A stretch of 64,000 bases of DNA from an uncultured Cryomorphaceae bacterium (GTDB lineage Bacteria; Bacteroidota; Bacteroidia; Flavobacteriales_D; SKUL01): positions 65,755-129,754 of the forward strand of contig CAZARI010000002.1 of NCBI GenBank assembly GCA_964487545.1, read 5' to 3'. Positions 56,531 through 64,000 of this stretch are shown piece after piece. Every line of letters begins with the position of its first letter. The first letter of the stretch is position 1. Made by a program: the position numbers and the translations under genes. The notes under the pieces were generated by a model that had not been told where the DNA came from, ran no database searches, and saw only the letters and a list, made by a program, of their open reading frames with translations.

Positions 56531-57865
56531 TTGAACATATTCTGGCATAAATTATTGCGGCCGCTTACGGCCGCAATAATTTTATCCGCCGTACTTCTTG
56601 GCGGATGTAAAAAGAAAGACGATGGCATAGGAGCCGGAATTTTACCTGATGAACAACTTCTTGGGGTAAATGTCATCGATACCCTAATCATCAACGCTAC
56701 TTCACAGCCCGACGACTCTGTTCGCGCCGATGGTTTTGCCAATGTTATTCTTGGCGCAATGAATGACCCGGTGTTCGGCATCACCCGGTCGGGGTTCTAT
56801 ACTCAACTGCGCCTCTCGGCAAACCAGGTGAGCTTTGATTATAATACTTTTGAAATTGATTCGGTTGTGCTGGCACTCGTGTATGACGACGAACAGTATG
56901 GAGACAATTATCCTCAGGAGTACGAAGTGTACGAACTAAACGAGCAACTCTACTCCGATAGCGCCTATTTTACCACGCGGATAATGGGCTTGGAAGCAAC
57001 CGATTTGGTATTGCCCGACAGTAAATTTCAAATCCCTGCTCCCGATCAGCAAGTCTATCTGGCCAACGATACGGTAAAGCCACACCTCAGACTAAGTTTG
57101 GATCACGAAATAGGGGAGCGCTTGTTGAATCCCGATAATACATCCCACCTTGAGAACAACTCGAACTTTACCGCTTTTTTCAAGGGCTTGTACGTTAGGG
57201 CAAATACGCAATCTGTTCCCGCAGGTAGCGGAGGAATTCACCATTTTAATCTACACGACACGCAGTCAAAGCTCACCATTTACTACACCGGTGTCACCGA
57301 TCTAGATACCGTTACCACCTCCTTTGACTTGGTGATTAACAGTAATACCGTGAAGTTTTCGCGACCTGAGCACGATTACAGCTTTGCAAATATCAACCTG
57401 ATCAATCAACTGGACGGCGACCCCGAGTCGGGTCAGCAGCAAATTTATGTGCAGGCAGCAGCGGGTTTGCGCGGAGTCATTGAAATTCCACATCTACAGC
57501 ACCTTAATGCAGATTCTATCGCAATTAACAAAGCCGAGTTGGTGTTGCCCTATGTTTTGGATGATAATTATGCACCTCCAGGACGGCTATATTTGTTGGG
57601 AAGAAGTAACGAGGGAACTTCCTACTTTTTACCCGACTACTTTGAAGGAGACGCACACATGGGTGGATTTCTAATCCCTTCTATGCAGCAGTATCGGTTA
57701 AATGTTTCTCGTTTTGTGCAGCAGGTGGTGTATGGTTCAAGAGAAAACACTAAACTTGAAGTGGTCAGCGAATGGGCCAGTACCAGTGCTAACCGAGTGG
57801 TGTTGTACGGGCCTGAAAATCCTGATAAACAAATGCGACTGGTCATTCAGTACACCAAATTCTAG
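56531..57865 (+). CDS. DUF4270-like lipoprotein
   Basis: 444 aa with a TTG start. Lipobox 'AVLLGGC'. The position between the short glycogen-synthase-like gene and glmS is the usual DUF4270 synteny in Flavobacteriia. Confidence 0.65.
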   Translation: MNIFWHKLLRPLTAAIILSAVLLGGCKKKDDGIGAGILPDEQLLGVNVIDTLIINATSQPDDSVRADGFANVILGAMNDPVFGITRSGFYTQLRLSANQVSFDYNTFEIDSVVLALVYDDEQYGDNYPQEYEVYELNEQLYSDSAYFTTRIMGLEATDLVLPDSKFQIPAPDQQVYLANDTVKPHLRLSLDHEIGERLLNPDNTSHLENNSNFTAFFKGLYVRANTQSVPAGSGGIHHFNLHDTQSKLTIYYTGVTDLDTVTTSFDLVINSNTVKFSRPEHDYSFANINLINQLDGDPESGQQQIYVQAAAGLRGVIEIPHLQHLNADSIAINKAELVLPYVLDDNYAPPGRLYLLGRSNEGTSYFLPDYFEGDAHMGGFLIPSMQQYRLNVSRFVQQVVYGSRENTKLEVVSEWASTSANRVVLYGPENPDKQMRLVIQYTKF

Positions 57866-57871
57866 AATATT

Positions 57872-59719
57872 ATGTGTGGAATTGTCGGATATATTGGCAA
57901 TCAGCAAGCGGCTCCAATTCTTTTAAAGGGGCTTCAGCGACTGGAATATCGGGGCTATGATAGCTCTGGAATTGCCTTGCATGACGGTGCTGAAATTGCC
58001 GTAACCAAATGTAAGGGCAAGGTGAGTAATCTCGAAAAGCTACTCAACGAACAAGAGAATATAGGTACAATGGGTATTGGACATACCCGTTGGGCTACCC
58101 ATGGTCAGCCCAACGATGAAAACGCTCACCCACACGCTACCGAAGACAATGAGTTGGTGATTATTCACAATGGTATCATTGAGAATTTCGATACCCTAAA
58201 GCGGGGATTAATCAATCGCGGACATCGATTCCAAAGCCAAACCGACACCGAAGTGTTGATTCATCTGATTGCAGATATTCAACAAAATGAACAAGGGATT
58301 ACCCTTTTCGAAGCCGTGAGAAAAGCGCTAAACGAAGTAATCGGCGCGTATGCCATTGTAATTATGTCTAAACACAACCCCGACCAGTTTATCGCCGCCA
58401 AAAAAGGCAGTCCGCTGGTAGTGGGGATTGGGCGCGATCAGGAGTTTTTCATTGCTTCGGATGCCACCCCAATTATCGAACACACCAAGAATGTAGTCTA
58501 TCTCGAAGACGAAGAAATCGCCATAATTGACCGCGAATCGGGGTTCACGCTCAAGAATATTCGCAATCAAGAAAAAACGCCTTATATCCACGAATTGGAA
58601 ATGGAGCTGGAGGCACTTGAAAAAGATGGATACGAGCACTTCATGTTGAAGGAGATTCACGAACAACCGAGATCTGTTCGCGATAGTATGCGCGGACGAC
58701 TCAACGTCAACAAAGGGGTGGTTGCACTGGGTGGAATTCGCGATTACGAACAAAAGCTTATTCAGGCCGAGCGAATTATCATTGTTGCATGCGGAACATC
58801 GTGGCACGCTGGTTTGGTAGGCGAATATCTTTTTGAAGATTTGGCGCGGATCCCTGTTGAGGTCGAGTACGCATCTGAATTCCGCTACCGCAACCCCATC
58901 ATTTCAGAATCAGATGTGGTGATTGCCATTTCACAATCGGGCGAAACCGCAGACACCATCGCCGCTATTGAGCTGGCAAAGCAAAAGGGGGCTACCATTA
59001 TTGGGATTTGTAATGTCATTGGATCAACCATTCCCCGAAAAACCCATGCGGGTTCGTATACCCACGCCGGTCCAGAAATTGGTGTGGCATCAACCAAAGC
59101 CTTCACTGCACAGGTTACTGTACTTACATTGATGGCGCTTTCTATCGCACAGGGCAGGGGCTCCATTTCGAGTTCCCGATTCCAACGCCTGCTGGTAGAG
59201 CTGGATTCTGTGCCGGACAAAATCGAAAAAGTGCTGAAGCTCGATAGCAAGATTGAATACATTGCCAACATCTACAAAGATGTCAGCAACGCGCTTTATT
59301 TGGGCAGGGGCATCAATTTTCCGGTGGCGCTTGAGGGCGCGCTTAAGCTCAAAGAAATTTCGTACATCCATGCAGAAGGATATCCTGCCGCTGAGATGAA
59401 GCATGGCCCAATTGCGTTAATCGATGAAAATATGCCGGTGATTGTCATTGCAACCCAGGGCGCCTCATACGACAAGATTGTGTCTAATATTCAGGAAGTG
59501 AAAGCGCGCAAGGGTAAAGTGATTGCCATTGTTACCGAGGGCGATGTACAGGTAAAAGAACTGGCCGATCACACCATCGAAATTCCAGATATCGATGATG
59601 CACTCATGGCGCTGATTTCAGTGATACCGCTTCAACTATTATCCTATCACGTTGCGGTGATGCGGGGCTGTAACGTCGATCAGCCGCGAAATCTGGCCAA
59701 GTCGGTTACGGTAGAATAG
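57872..59719 (+). CDS. glmS: Glutamine--fructose-6-phosphate aminotransferase
   Basis: 615 aa. N-terminal nucleophile 'MCGIVGY', two SIS domains and C-terminal 'NLAKSVTVE'. Confidence 0.97.
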   Translation: MCGIVGYIGNQQAAPILLKGLQRLEYRGYDSSGIALHDGAEIAVTKCKGKVSNLEKLLNEQENIGTMGIGHTRWATHGQPNDENAHPHATEDNELVIIHNGIIENFDTLKRGLINRGHRFQSQTDTEVLIHLIADIQQNEQGITLFEAVRKALNEVIGAYAIVIMSKHNPDQFIAAKKGSPLVVGIGRDQEFFIASDATPIIEHTKNVVYLEDEEIAIIDRESGFTLKNIRNQEKTPYIHELEMELEALEKDGYEHFMLKEIHEQPRSVRDSMRGRLNVNKGVVALGGIRDYEQKLIQAERIIIVACGTSWHAGLVGEYLFEDLARIPVEVEYASEFRYRNPIISESDVVIAISQSGETADTIAAIELAKQKGATIIGICNVIGSTIPRKTHAGSYTHAGPEIGVASTKAFTAQVTVLTLMALSIAQGRGSISSSRFQRLLVELDSVPDKIEKVLKLDSKIEYIANIYKDVSNALYLGRGINFPVALEGALKLKEISYIHAEGYPAAEMKHGPIALIDENMPVIVIATQGASYDKIVSNIQEVKARKGKVIAIVTEGDVQVKELADHTIEIPDIDDALMALISVIPLQLLSYHVAVMRGCNVDQPRNLAKSVTVE

Positions 59720-61331
59720 TCAATTGATCCGCTTTCAACAGATCGTGTGCAAGCTTTAGCATCCGGTCGTGTTCGCTGATGATGGGATAATAAACTTCAT
59801 TACCCCAAATGTTTCGGGCAATAAGGGCTTTGAGCCGCGTTGCGATGTAATCTTCAGAAGCGGCAATTCCGGCTGCGTCTCTCTTCAGACTTCTTTCTTC
59901 TGCAAAATCGTAAAGATTATTGAGCAAAACGGCAGACACCCGATAGGTCGAGGTAAAAGATTCGGGCTGGTATTTATCCATCAGTTCGGAGCGGTGCTGG
60001 TCAGAAAACTCAAAAGCAAATTCATTGAGTAATCCTTGATAAGAAAGTTGGGTGAGATAATTTGATCCACCTACCGTATCGAGCGGAACAAAGTGGTCGG
60101 GCACAATTCCTCCGCCACCATACACTGTTCTGCCGCCTTCGGTTTTGTATATCAGTGAATCGGGATAATCAATTTTTGTAGAATCATAGACCTCGCCCGA
60201 TTCAAATCGCTCAAAAAATTCGGCACTGTAATCAATTCCTTCGCCATAGGGACGTTGAATGCTTCTACCCGACGGGGTGTAGTAGCGCGCCACGGTGAGC
60301 CGGATCGCGGTGCTGTCGGGAAATTCGAAATGCTCTTGCACCAGCCCTTTTCCAAACGACCGTCGGCCAATGACTAAGCCCCGATCGTTGTCCTGAACAG
60401 CTCCCGCTAAAATTTCACTCGCAGAAGCAGAACCCTGGTCTATCATGACTACCAACGGAATGTCTTTAAGCTTTCCGTTTTTGGTAGACTTATAAGTTTT
60501 GTTCGGTTGTGCTTTTCCTTCCGTATATACGATGAGCGTTCCTCTCTCAAGCAATTCTTCGCAAATGGAGATGGCCGTGTTGAGATATCCCCCCCCGTTT
60601 CCGCGCAAGTCAATCACCAGCTTTTTCATCCCCTGAGCGAGCATTTCGTTCACCCCATCCATAAATTCCTGATGGGTGGTTCGGGCAAAGCGCGTCACTT
60701 TGATATAGCCCGTTTCGCCATCCAGCAGGTAAGATACAGCCACGCTGTAAATCGGAATTTTGCCGCGCGTGATTTTAAAGTCGAGCAGTTCTGGGTGGCC
60801 CCGACGTTTGATCTGAATATTGACCTGTGTGTTACTTTTTCCACGAAGCTGGCTGATAACATCGTTATTGCTGATGCCAATACCTGCAATGTTTTCACCC
60901 TCAACGGTAACAATTCGGTCGCCAGAATGTATTCCCAGCGCCTCCGACGGGCCGCCTTCCAGTGTAGTGACCACAAAAACGGTGTCGTTCTGAATGGTGA
61001 ATTCAACGCCGATTCCGTCGAAATTTCCTTCCAGCGGTTCGGTGTATTGGCGCAGTTCTGCTGCGGTGATATAATAAGAATGTGGGTCGAGATGTTGAAG
61101 CAAGTCCTGAATGCTGCGGTCAATTAGGTTAGATTTATCAACCGAATCGACGTACTGCTGTTCAACGAAATTGATGATTTGAGATAGCTTATCGGCAGCC
61201 GTTCTCACCGGTCGGTGAAAAATAGTCGTGGTTTCGCTGCCTTCTTCCGAGGCGAGATCCATGCCCACAAAAACACCTATCGCAATAGCGATTGCCAGCA
61301 ACAATGGAAGAACGGTCCATACTTTTTTCAT
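59706..61331 (-). CDS. S41 family C-terminal processing peptidase
   Basis: 541 aa. N-terminal TM anchor, PDZ region 'GPSEALGIHSGDRIVTVEG', catalytic 'DQGSASASEILAGA' and 'GKGLVQ'. The 3' end overlaps glmS by 14 nt (convergent). Confidence 0.9.
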   Translation of the reverse strand: MKKVWTVLPLLLAIAIAIGVFVGMDLASEEGSETTTIFHRPVRTAADKLSQIINFVEQQYVDSVDKSNLIDRSIQDLLQHLDPHSYYITAAELRQYTEPLEGNFDGIGVEFTIQNDTVFVVTTLEGGPSEALGIHSGDRIVTVEGENIAGIGISNNDVISQLRGKSNTQVNIQIKRRGHPELLDFKITRGKIPIYSVAVSYLLDGETGYIKVTRFARTTHQEFMDGVNEMLAQGMKKLVIDLRGNGGGYLNTAISICEELLERGTLIVYTEGKAQPNKTYKSTKNGKLKDIPLVVMIDQGSASASEILAGAVQDNDRGLVIGRRSFGKGLVQEHFEFPDSTAIRLTVARYYTPSGRSIQRPYGEGIDYSAEFFERFESGEVYDSTKIDYPDSLIYKTEGGRTVYGGGGIVPDHFVPLDTVGGSNYLTQLSYQGLLNEFAFEFSDQHRSELMDKYQPESFTSTYRVSAVLLNNLYDFAEERSLKRDAAGIAASEDYIATRLKALIARNIWGNEVYYPIISEHDRMLKLAHDLLKADQLTILP

Positions 61332-61338
61332 TTGTTAA

Positions 61339-61800
61339 TCAGATATTTTGCAATTGTACCACCTCAACACCAGCTTGCTTGAGAAAGTTTATACCGGATA
61401 AGTCTTTGTATTCGTCGATGTACACCAGCCTTCGAATGCCAATTTGATGAATCAGCTTGGCGCATTCTCTGCACGGAGATAACGTGAGAAAAAGGGTGGC
61501 ATTGCGTGCATTATTGGTGGATCGTGCCACTTTGGTTATGGCATTGGCTTCGGCGTGTAGTACATACCATTTGGTGTCGCCATTGTCATCCTCGCATTGG
61601 TTTTCGAAGCCCGAAGGCGTGCCGTTGTATCCGTCAGAAATGATCATTCCCTCTTTGACAATCAGCGCACCCACTTTTTTGCGCTTACAATGCGAAAGTT
61701 GCGCCCACTGTGCAGCCATTTTGAGGTATGCTCGGTCATAACGAAGTTGTTTTGCCGGGTCATTATATTTTACAAACCCTTCTTCCATAAGCAAGATCAT
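61339..61800 (-). CDS. dCMP deaminase (ComEB-type)
   Basis: 153 aa from ATG 61800. Zinc motifs 'VLHAEANAI' and 'SPCRECAKLI'. The track's longer ORF (to 61890) runs through a terminator and into tRNA-Leu, so it is rejected. Confidence 0.88.
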   Translation of the reverse strand: MILLMEEGFVKYNDPAKQLRYDRAYLKMAAQWAQLSHCKRKKVGALIVKEGMIISDGYNGTPSGFENQCEDDNGDTKWYVLHAEANAITKVARSTNNARNATLFLTLSPCRECAKLIHQIGIRRLVYIDEYKDLSGINFLKQAGVEVVQLQNI

Positions 61801-61814
61801 TGAGCGCACAAAGT

Positions 61815-61846
61815 AACAAAAAAGGGCCCTCTTTAAGAGGACCCTT
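61815..61846 (-). terminator. Rho-independent terminator after tRNA-Leu
   Basis: On the minus strand: AAGGGTCCTCT-TAA-AGAGGGCCCTT (one G-U pair) followed by TTTTTTGT. Confidence 0.75.
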
Positions 61847-61851
61847 CGATG

Positions 61852-61931
61852 TACCTGGGGTGGGAATCGAACCCACACTCCGAAGAACACGAGTTTGAGT
61901 CGTGCGCGTCTACCAATTCCGCCACCCAGGC
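61852..61931 (-). tRNA. tRNA-Leu (CAA)
   Basis: Reverse complement is GCCTGGGTGGCGGAATTGGTAGACGCGCACGACTCAAACTCGTGTTCTTCGGAGTGTGGGTTCGATTCCCACCCCAGGTA. Anticodon stem CACGA/TCGTG with loop CTCAAAC, an 11-nt variable arm, T arm GTGGG-TTCGATT-CCCAC. G1-U72 wobble. Confidence 0.85.
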
Positions 61932-61942
61932 ATTCCGGTGCG

Positions 61943-61950
61943 CAAATTTA
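61943..61950 (-). promoter_or_regulatory. -7 box (TAAATTTG) of the tRNA-Leu promoter
   Basis: Minus strand reads TTG-N20-TAAATTTGCGC, with the box ending 12 nt before the tRNA 5' end. Confidence 0.55.
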
Positions 61951-62039
61951 TTTAAATGTTTCGGAAGGCACAACATTCTTTGTGCACCAGCAATGAATTA
62001 ATTATGATCAAGGCTGTTGTGTAGCTGTTTTGGAATCAC

Positions 62040-62047
62040 TACTTTTG
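62040..62047 (+). promoter_or_regulatory. -7 box (TACTTTTG) of the prs promoter
   Basis: TTG-N20-TACTTTTG, 24 nt before ATG 62072. It lies inside the track's extended ORF, which supports the shorter prs start. Confidence 0.5.
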
Positions 62048-62071
62048 CCCGCCCTGGCGGTAATTTCAGAT

Positions 62072-63007
62072 ATGGCAGATATAGTTAAGATATTTTCGGG
62101 CAGAGCATCAAAGGCACTGGCTAAACAGATAGCTTATCATTACGGTACTGAACTGGGTAATGTCATTGTATCTGAATTCAGTGATGGTGAGTTTCAGCCT
62201 TCGTACGAAGAGAGCATCCGGGGAAAAGACGTATTTATTATCCAGTCGACGATGCCGCCGGCAGATAATCTGGTGGAGTTGCTTCTGTTGATCGATGCCG
62301 CGAAGCGGGCTTCGGCAAACCGCATTGTTGCCGTTATTCCGTATTTCGGATTTGCACGTCAAGACAGAAAAGACAAGCCGCGCGTAGCCATTGGCGCCAA
62401 GTTGATCGCCAATCTTTTGACTGCTGCCGGTGTAACGCGCATCATCACGATGGATCTTCACGCCGATCAGATTCAGGGTTTTTTCGAAGTGCCAGTAGAT
62501 CACCTCTACGCATCTTCCATTTTTATCAAATACATTCAGTCTATCGATCGCGACAAGCTGGTGATGGTGGCCCCCGATACAGGAGGAACCAAACGCGCCA
62601 ATGCCTATGCCAAGTACTTTAATGTTGATCTGGCCATTTGCTACAAACAGCGAAAAGTGGCCAACCAAGTAGAGAGCATGACCGTGATTGGTGAGGTGAA
62701 AGACCGACACGTGATGCTGTTGGATGACATTGTTGATACAGCCGGTACACTAACAAAGGCGGCTGATATGATGCTCGCCAAAGGCGCACTGAGTGTTCGC
62801 GCCATGTGTACACACGCCGTGCTGTCGGGACCAGCCTATGACAGGCTCACCGAGTCGGGTATTTCAGAACTGATTGTTACCGACACCATACCGCTGACCC
62901 GGGAGCACCCTAAAATTAAGGTGCTGTCGGTAGCCGAACTTTTTGCTGATGTAGTGCATAAGGTAGAGCGATATGAGTCGATCAGTTCACATTTTGTAAT
63001 TTCTTAA
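62072..63007 (+). CDS. prs: Ribose-phosphate pyrophosphokinase
   Basis: 311 aa from ATG 62072 (MADIVKIFSG...). 'DLHADQIQGFF' and PRPP-binding 'VMLLDDIVDTAGT'. Confidence 0.95.
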   Translation: MADIVKIFSGRASKALAKQIAYHYGTELGNVIVSEFSDGEFQPSYEESIRGKDVFIIQSTMPPADNLVELLLLIDAAKRASANRIVAVIPYFGFARQDRKDKPRVAIGAKLIANLLTAAGVTRIITMDLHADQIQGFFEVPVDHLYASSIFIKYIQSIDRDKLVMVAPDTGGTKRANAYAKYFNVDLAICYKQRKVANQVESMTVIGEVKDRHVMLLDDIVDTAGTLTKAADMMLAKGALSVRAMCTHAVLSGPAYDRLTESGISELIVTDTIPLTREHPKIKVLSVAELFADVVHKVERYESISSHFVIS

Positions 63008-63018
63008 ACCAAATAATA

Positions 63019-63654
63019 ATGAAGCATGTATCATTGAGCGGTTCTCCAAGAGAGAACGTAGGGAGTAAAGATGCAAATGCTCTTCGAAGACAAGAAAGGG
63101 TGCCGTGTGTGCTCTATGGAGGTGAAAAACAACTTCACTTTCACGTGTCTTACAACGAATTGAGCAAGCTCGTAGTTACTTCAAAAGTAAACCAGATAGA
63201 CCTTGATTTGGGTGGTGAAAATTTCCACGCGGTAATTAAGGACGTGCAATTTCACCCGGTTACCGACCGCGTTATTCACGTTGATTTTATCCAGCTTTTT
63301 GATGATAAGCAGGTAAAAATCGTTCTTCCATTGCGCGTTGCCGGTAGTGCCATCGGCGTTCGAAACGGAGGTAAGCTATTTGTTATGTTCAGAAGGCTTA
63401 CCGTTAAAGGATTTCCACCACAGTTTCCTGATGAAATTGTGCTGGATATCACCAAACTGCGCATCGGACAGAAATTGCGCGTTAAGGATATCGATGCCGA
63501 CGGGCTCACATTTCTTCATGATCCTGAAGCGGTTGTCGTATCCATCAAAACTGCACGAGGTGCGGTAGACGGCGAAGATGATGATGAGTCTGAAGACGGA
63601 GCTGAGGCTGCCGGCGCGGCTACCGAACAACCAGCAGAAGCTGCTGCAGAATAA
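63019..63654 (+). CDS. rplY: 50S ribosomal protein L25/general stress protein Ctc
   Basis: 211 aa. 'RQERVPCVLYGG', 'VQFHPVTDRVIHVDF' and an acidic/Ala-rich C-terminal tail. Confidence 0.9.
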   Translation: MKHVSLSGSPRENVGSKDANALRRQERVPCVLYGGEKQLHFHVSYNELSKLVVTSKVNQIDLDLGGENFHAVIKDVQFHPVTDRVIHVDFIQLFDDKQVKIVLPLRVAGSAIGVRNGGKLFVMFRRLTVKGFPPQFPDEIVLDITKLRIGQKLRVKDIDADGLTFLHDPEAVVVSIKTARGAVDGEDDDESEDGAEAAGAATEQPAEAAAE

Positions 63655-63667
63655 GTAATTTTCGCCC

Positions 63668-64000
63668 ATGAAGTATCTGATTGTCGGATTGGGCAACATG
63701 GGGCCGGAGTATGAGAATACCCGGCACAACATTGGTTTTAAAGTGCTGAACTCCCTTGCCGGGGAGTTCAGCACTTTTTTTTCGCCCGCGCGTTATGGAG
63801 ACATCGCACGGGTTAAATACAAAGGCCGCACCCTGGTTTTGCTCAAGCCGAGTACGTATATGAATCTGAGTGGCAAAGCAGTGAGCTATTGGCTGAAGCA
63901 GGAAAAACTGGAAATTGACCGCATGATGGTGGTTACCGACGACCTGGCATTGCCCTTCGGAAAAATGCGCATTCGCGGAAAAGGCAGTGATGGCGGGCAT
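63668..64000 (+). CDS. pth: Peptidyl-tRNA hydrolase, 3'-truncated by the window edge (absent from the supplied ORF track)
   Basis: Hand translation from ATG 63668 gives MKYLIVGLGNMGPEYENTRHNIGFKVLNSLAGEF...STYMNLSGKAVSYW...VVTDDLALPFGKMRIRGKGSDGGH, with no stop before position 64000. The classic rplY-pth order is preserved. Confidence 0.9.
   Translation, partial: MKYLIVGLGNMGPEYENTRHNIGFKVLNSLAGEFSTFFSPARYGDIARVKYKGRTLVLLKPSTYMNLSGKAVSYWLKQEKLEIDRMMVVTDDLALPFGKMRIRGKGSDGGH

Noticed and set aside
60586-60597. Homopolymeric C8 tract (G8 on the coding strand, encoding Gly-Gly-Gly) inside the S41 peptidase gene, and a G7 tract at about 50003 in the SBP gene, considered as slipped-strand phase-variation switches.
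   Set aside because: They encode conserved glycine runs within intact frames, the tracts are short, and there is no evidence of variation from a single sequence.
61801-61890. N-terminal extension of the dCMP deaminase ORF (the track gives 61339-61890).
   Set aside because: The extension crosses a strong terminator hairpin (61815-61846) and the 3' part of tRNA-Leu. ATG 61800 gives a normal-length deaminase.
1-64000. Window-wide scan for CRISPR arrays, IS elements or transposases, integrases, phage genes, toxin-antitoxin pairs and recognisable defence systems (RM, CBASS, retron, Abi-type).
   Set aside because: There are no repeat-spacer arrays, terminal inverted repeats, recombinase motifs or nuclease/ATPase defence signatures in any listed or hand-translated frame. 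The window is predominantly core housekeeping.

Overview
This window looks like a core chromosomal segment of a Bacteroidota genome, probably Flavobacteriia-like. Three things support that: several proteins carry T9SS C-terminal sorting domains, many genes and all three tRNAs are preceded by Bacteroidetes-type TTG/TAnnTTTG promoters, and the synteny panC | short glycogen-synthase-like - DUF4270 - glmS is typical of the group. Coding density is about 90%, with roughly 55 protein genes and 3 tRNAs (Cys-GCA, Arg-TCG, Leu-CAA). I saw no rRNA, CRISPR array, transposase, integrase or recognisable defence genes.

Most of the content is housekeeping:
- gltX-folB, recO and an S9 oligopeptidase-B-like protease
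- a complete 8-gene suf Fe-S operon (iscA-like, sufBCDSE, DUF59, DUF2480)
- thiL, pepP-like and sdhCAB
- a translationally coupled aminotransferase/omega-amidase pair
- comF, radA, panC, glmS, an S41 protease, dCMP deaminase, prs, rplY and pth

Two real genes run off the window edges and are missing from the supplied ORF track. They are a DUF4175-like coiled-coil protein (1-2894, minus strand) and pth (63668-64000, plus strand).

The least ordinary region is about 26.6-34.2 kb. It holds an apparent operon of two tandem LytTR response regulators, a 12-blade beta-propeller/Y_Y_Y LytS-type kinase and a small acidic EF-hand-like lipoprotein. This operon is flanked by a 515-aa helical-repeat protein and by an orphan 90-aa protein that resembles a bare T9SS C-terminal domain.

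Other points worth a second look:
- an AT-rich two-gene glycosyltransferase islet bracketed by tRNA-Cys and tRNA-Arg
- a palindromic candidate operator in the suf leader
- a 1182-aa outer-membrane-type protein whose family I could not recognise

I did not find convincing evidence of a new multi-gene defence or mobile system. All family calls come from motif recognition by eye; no searches were run.
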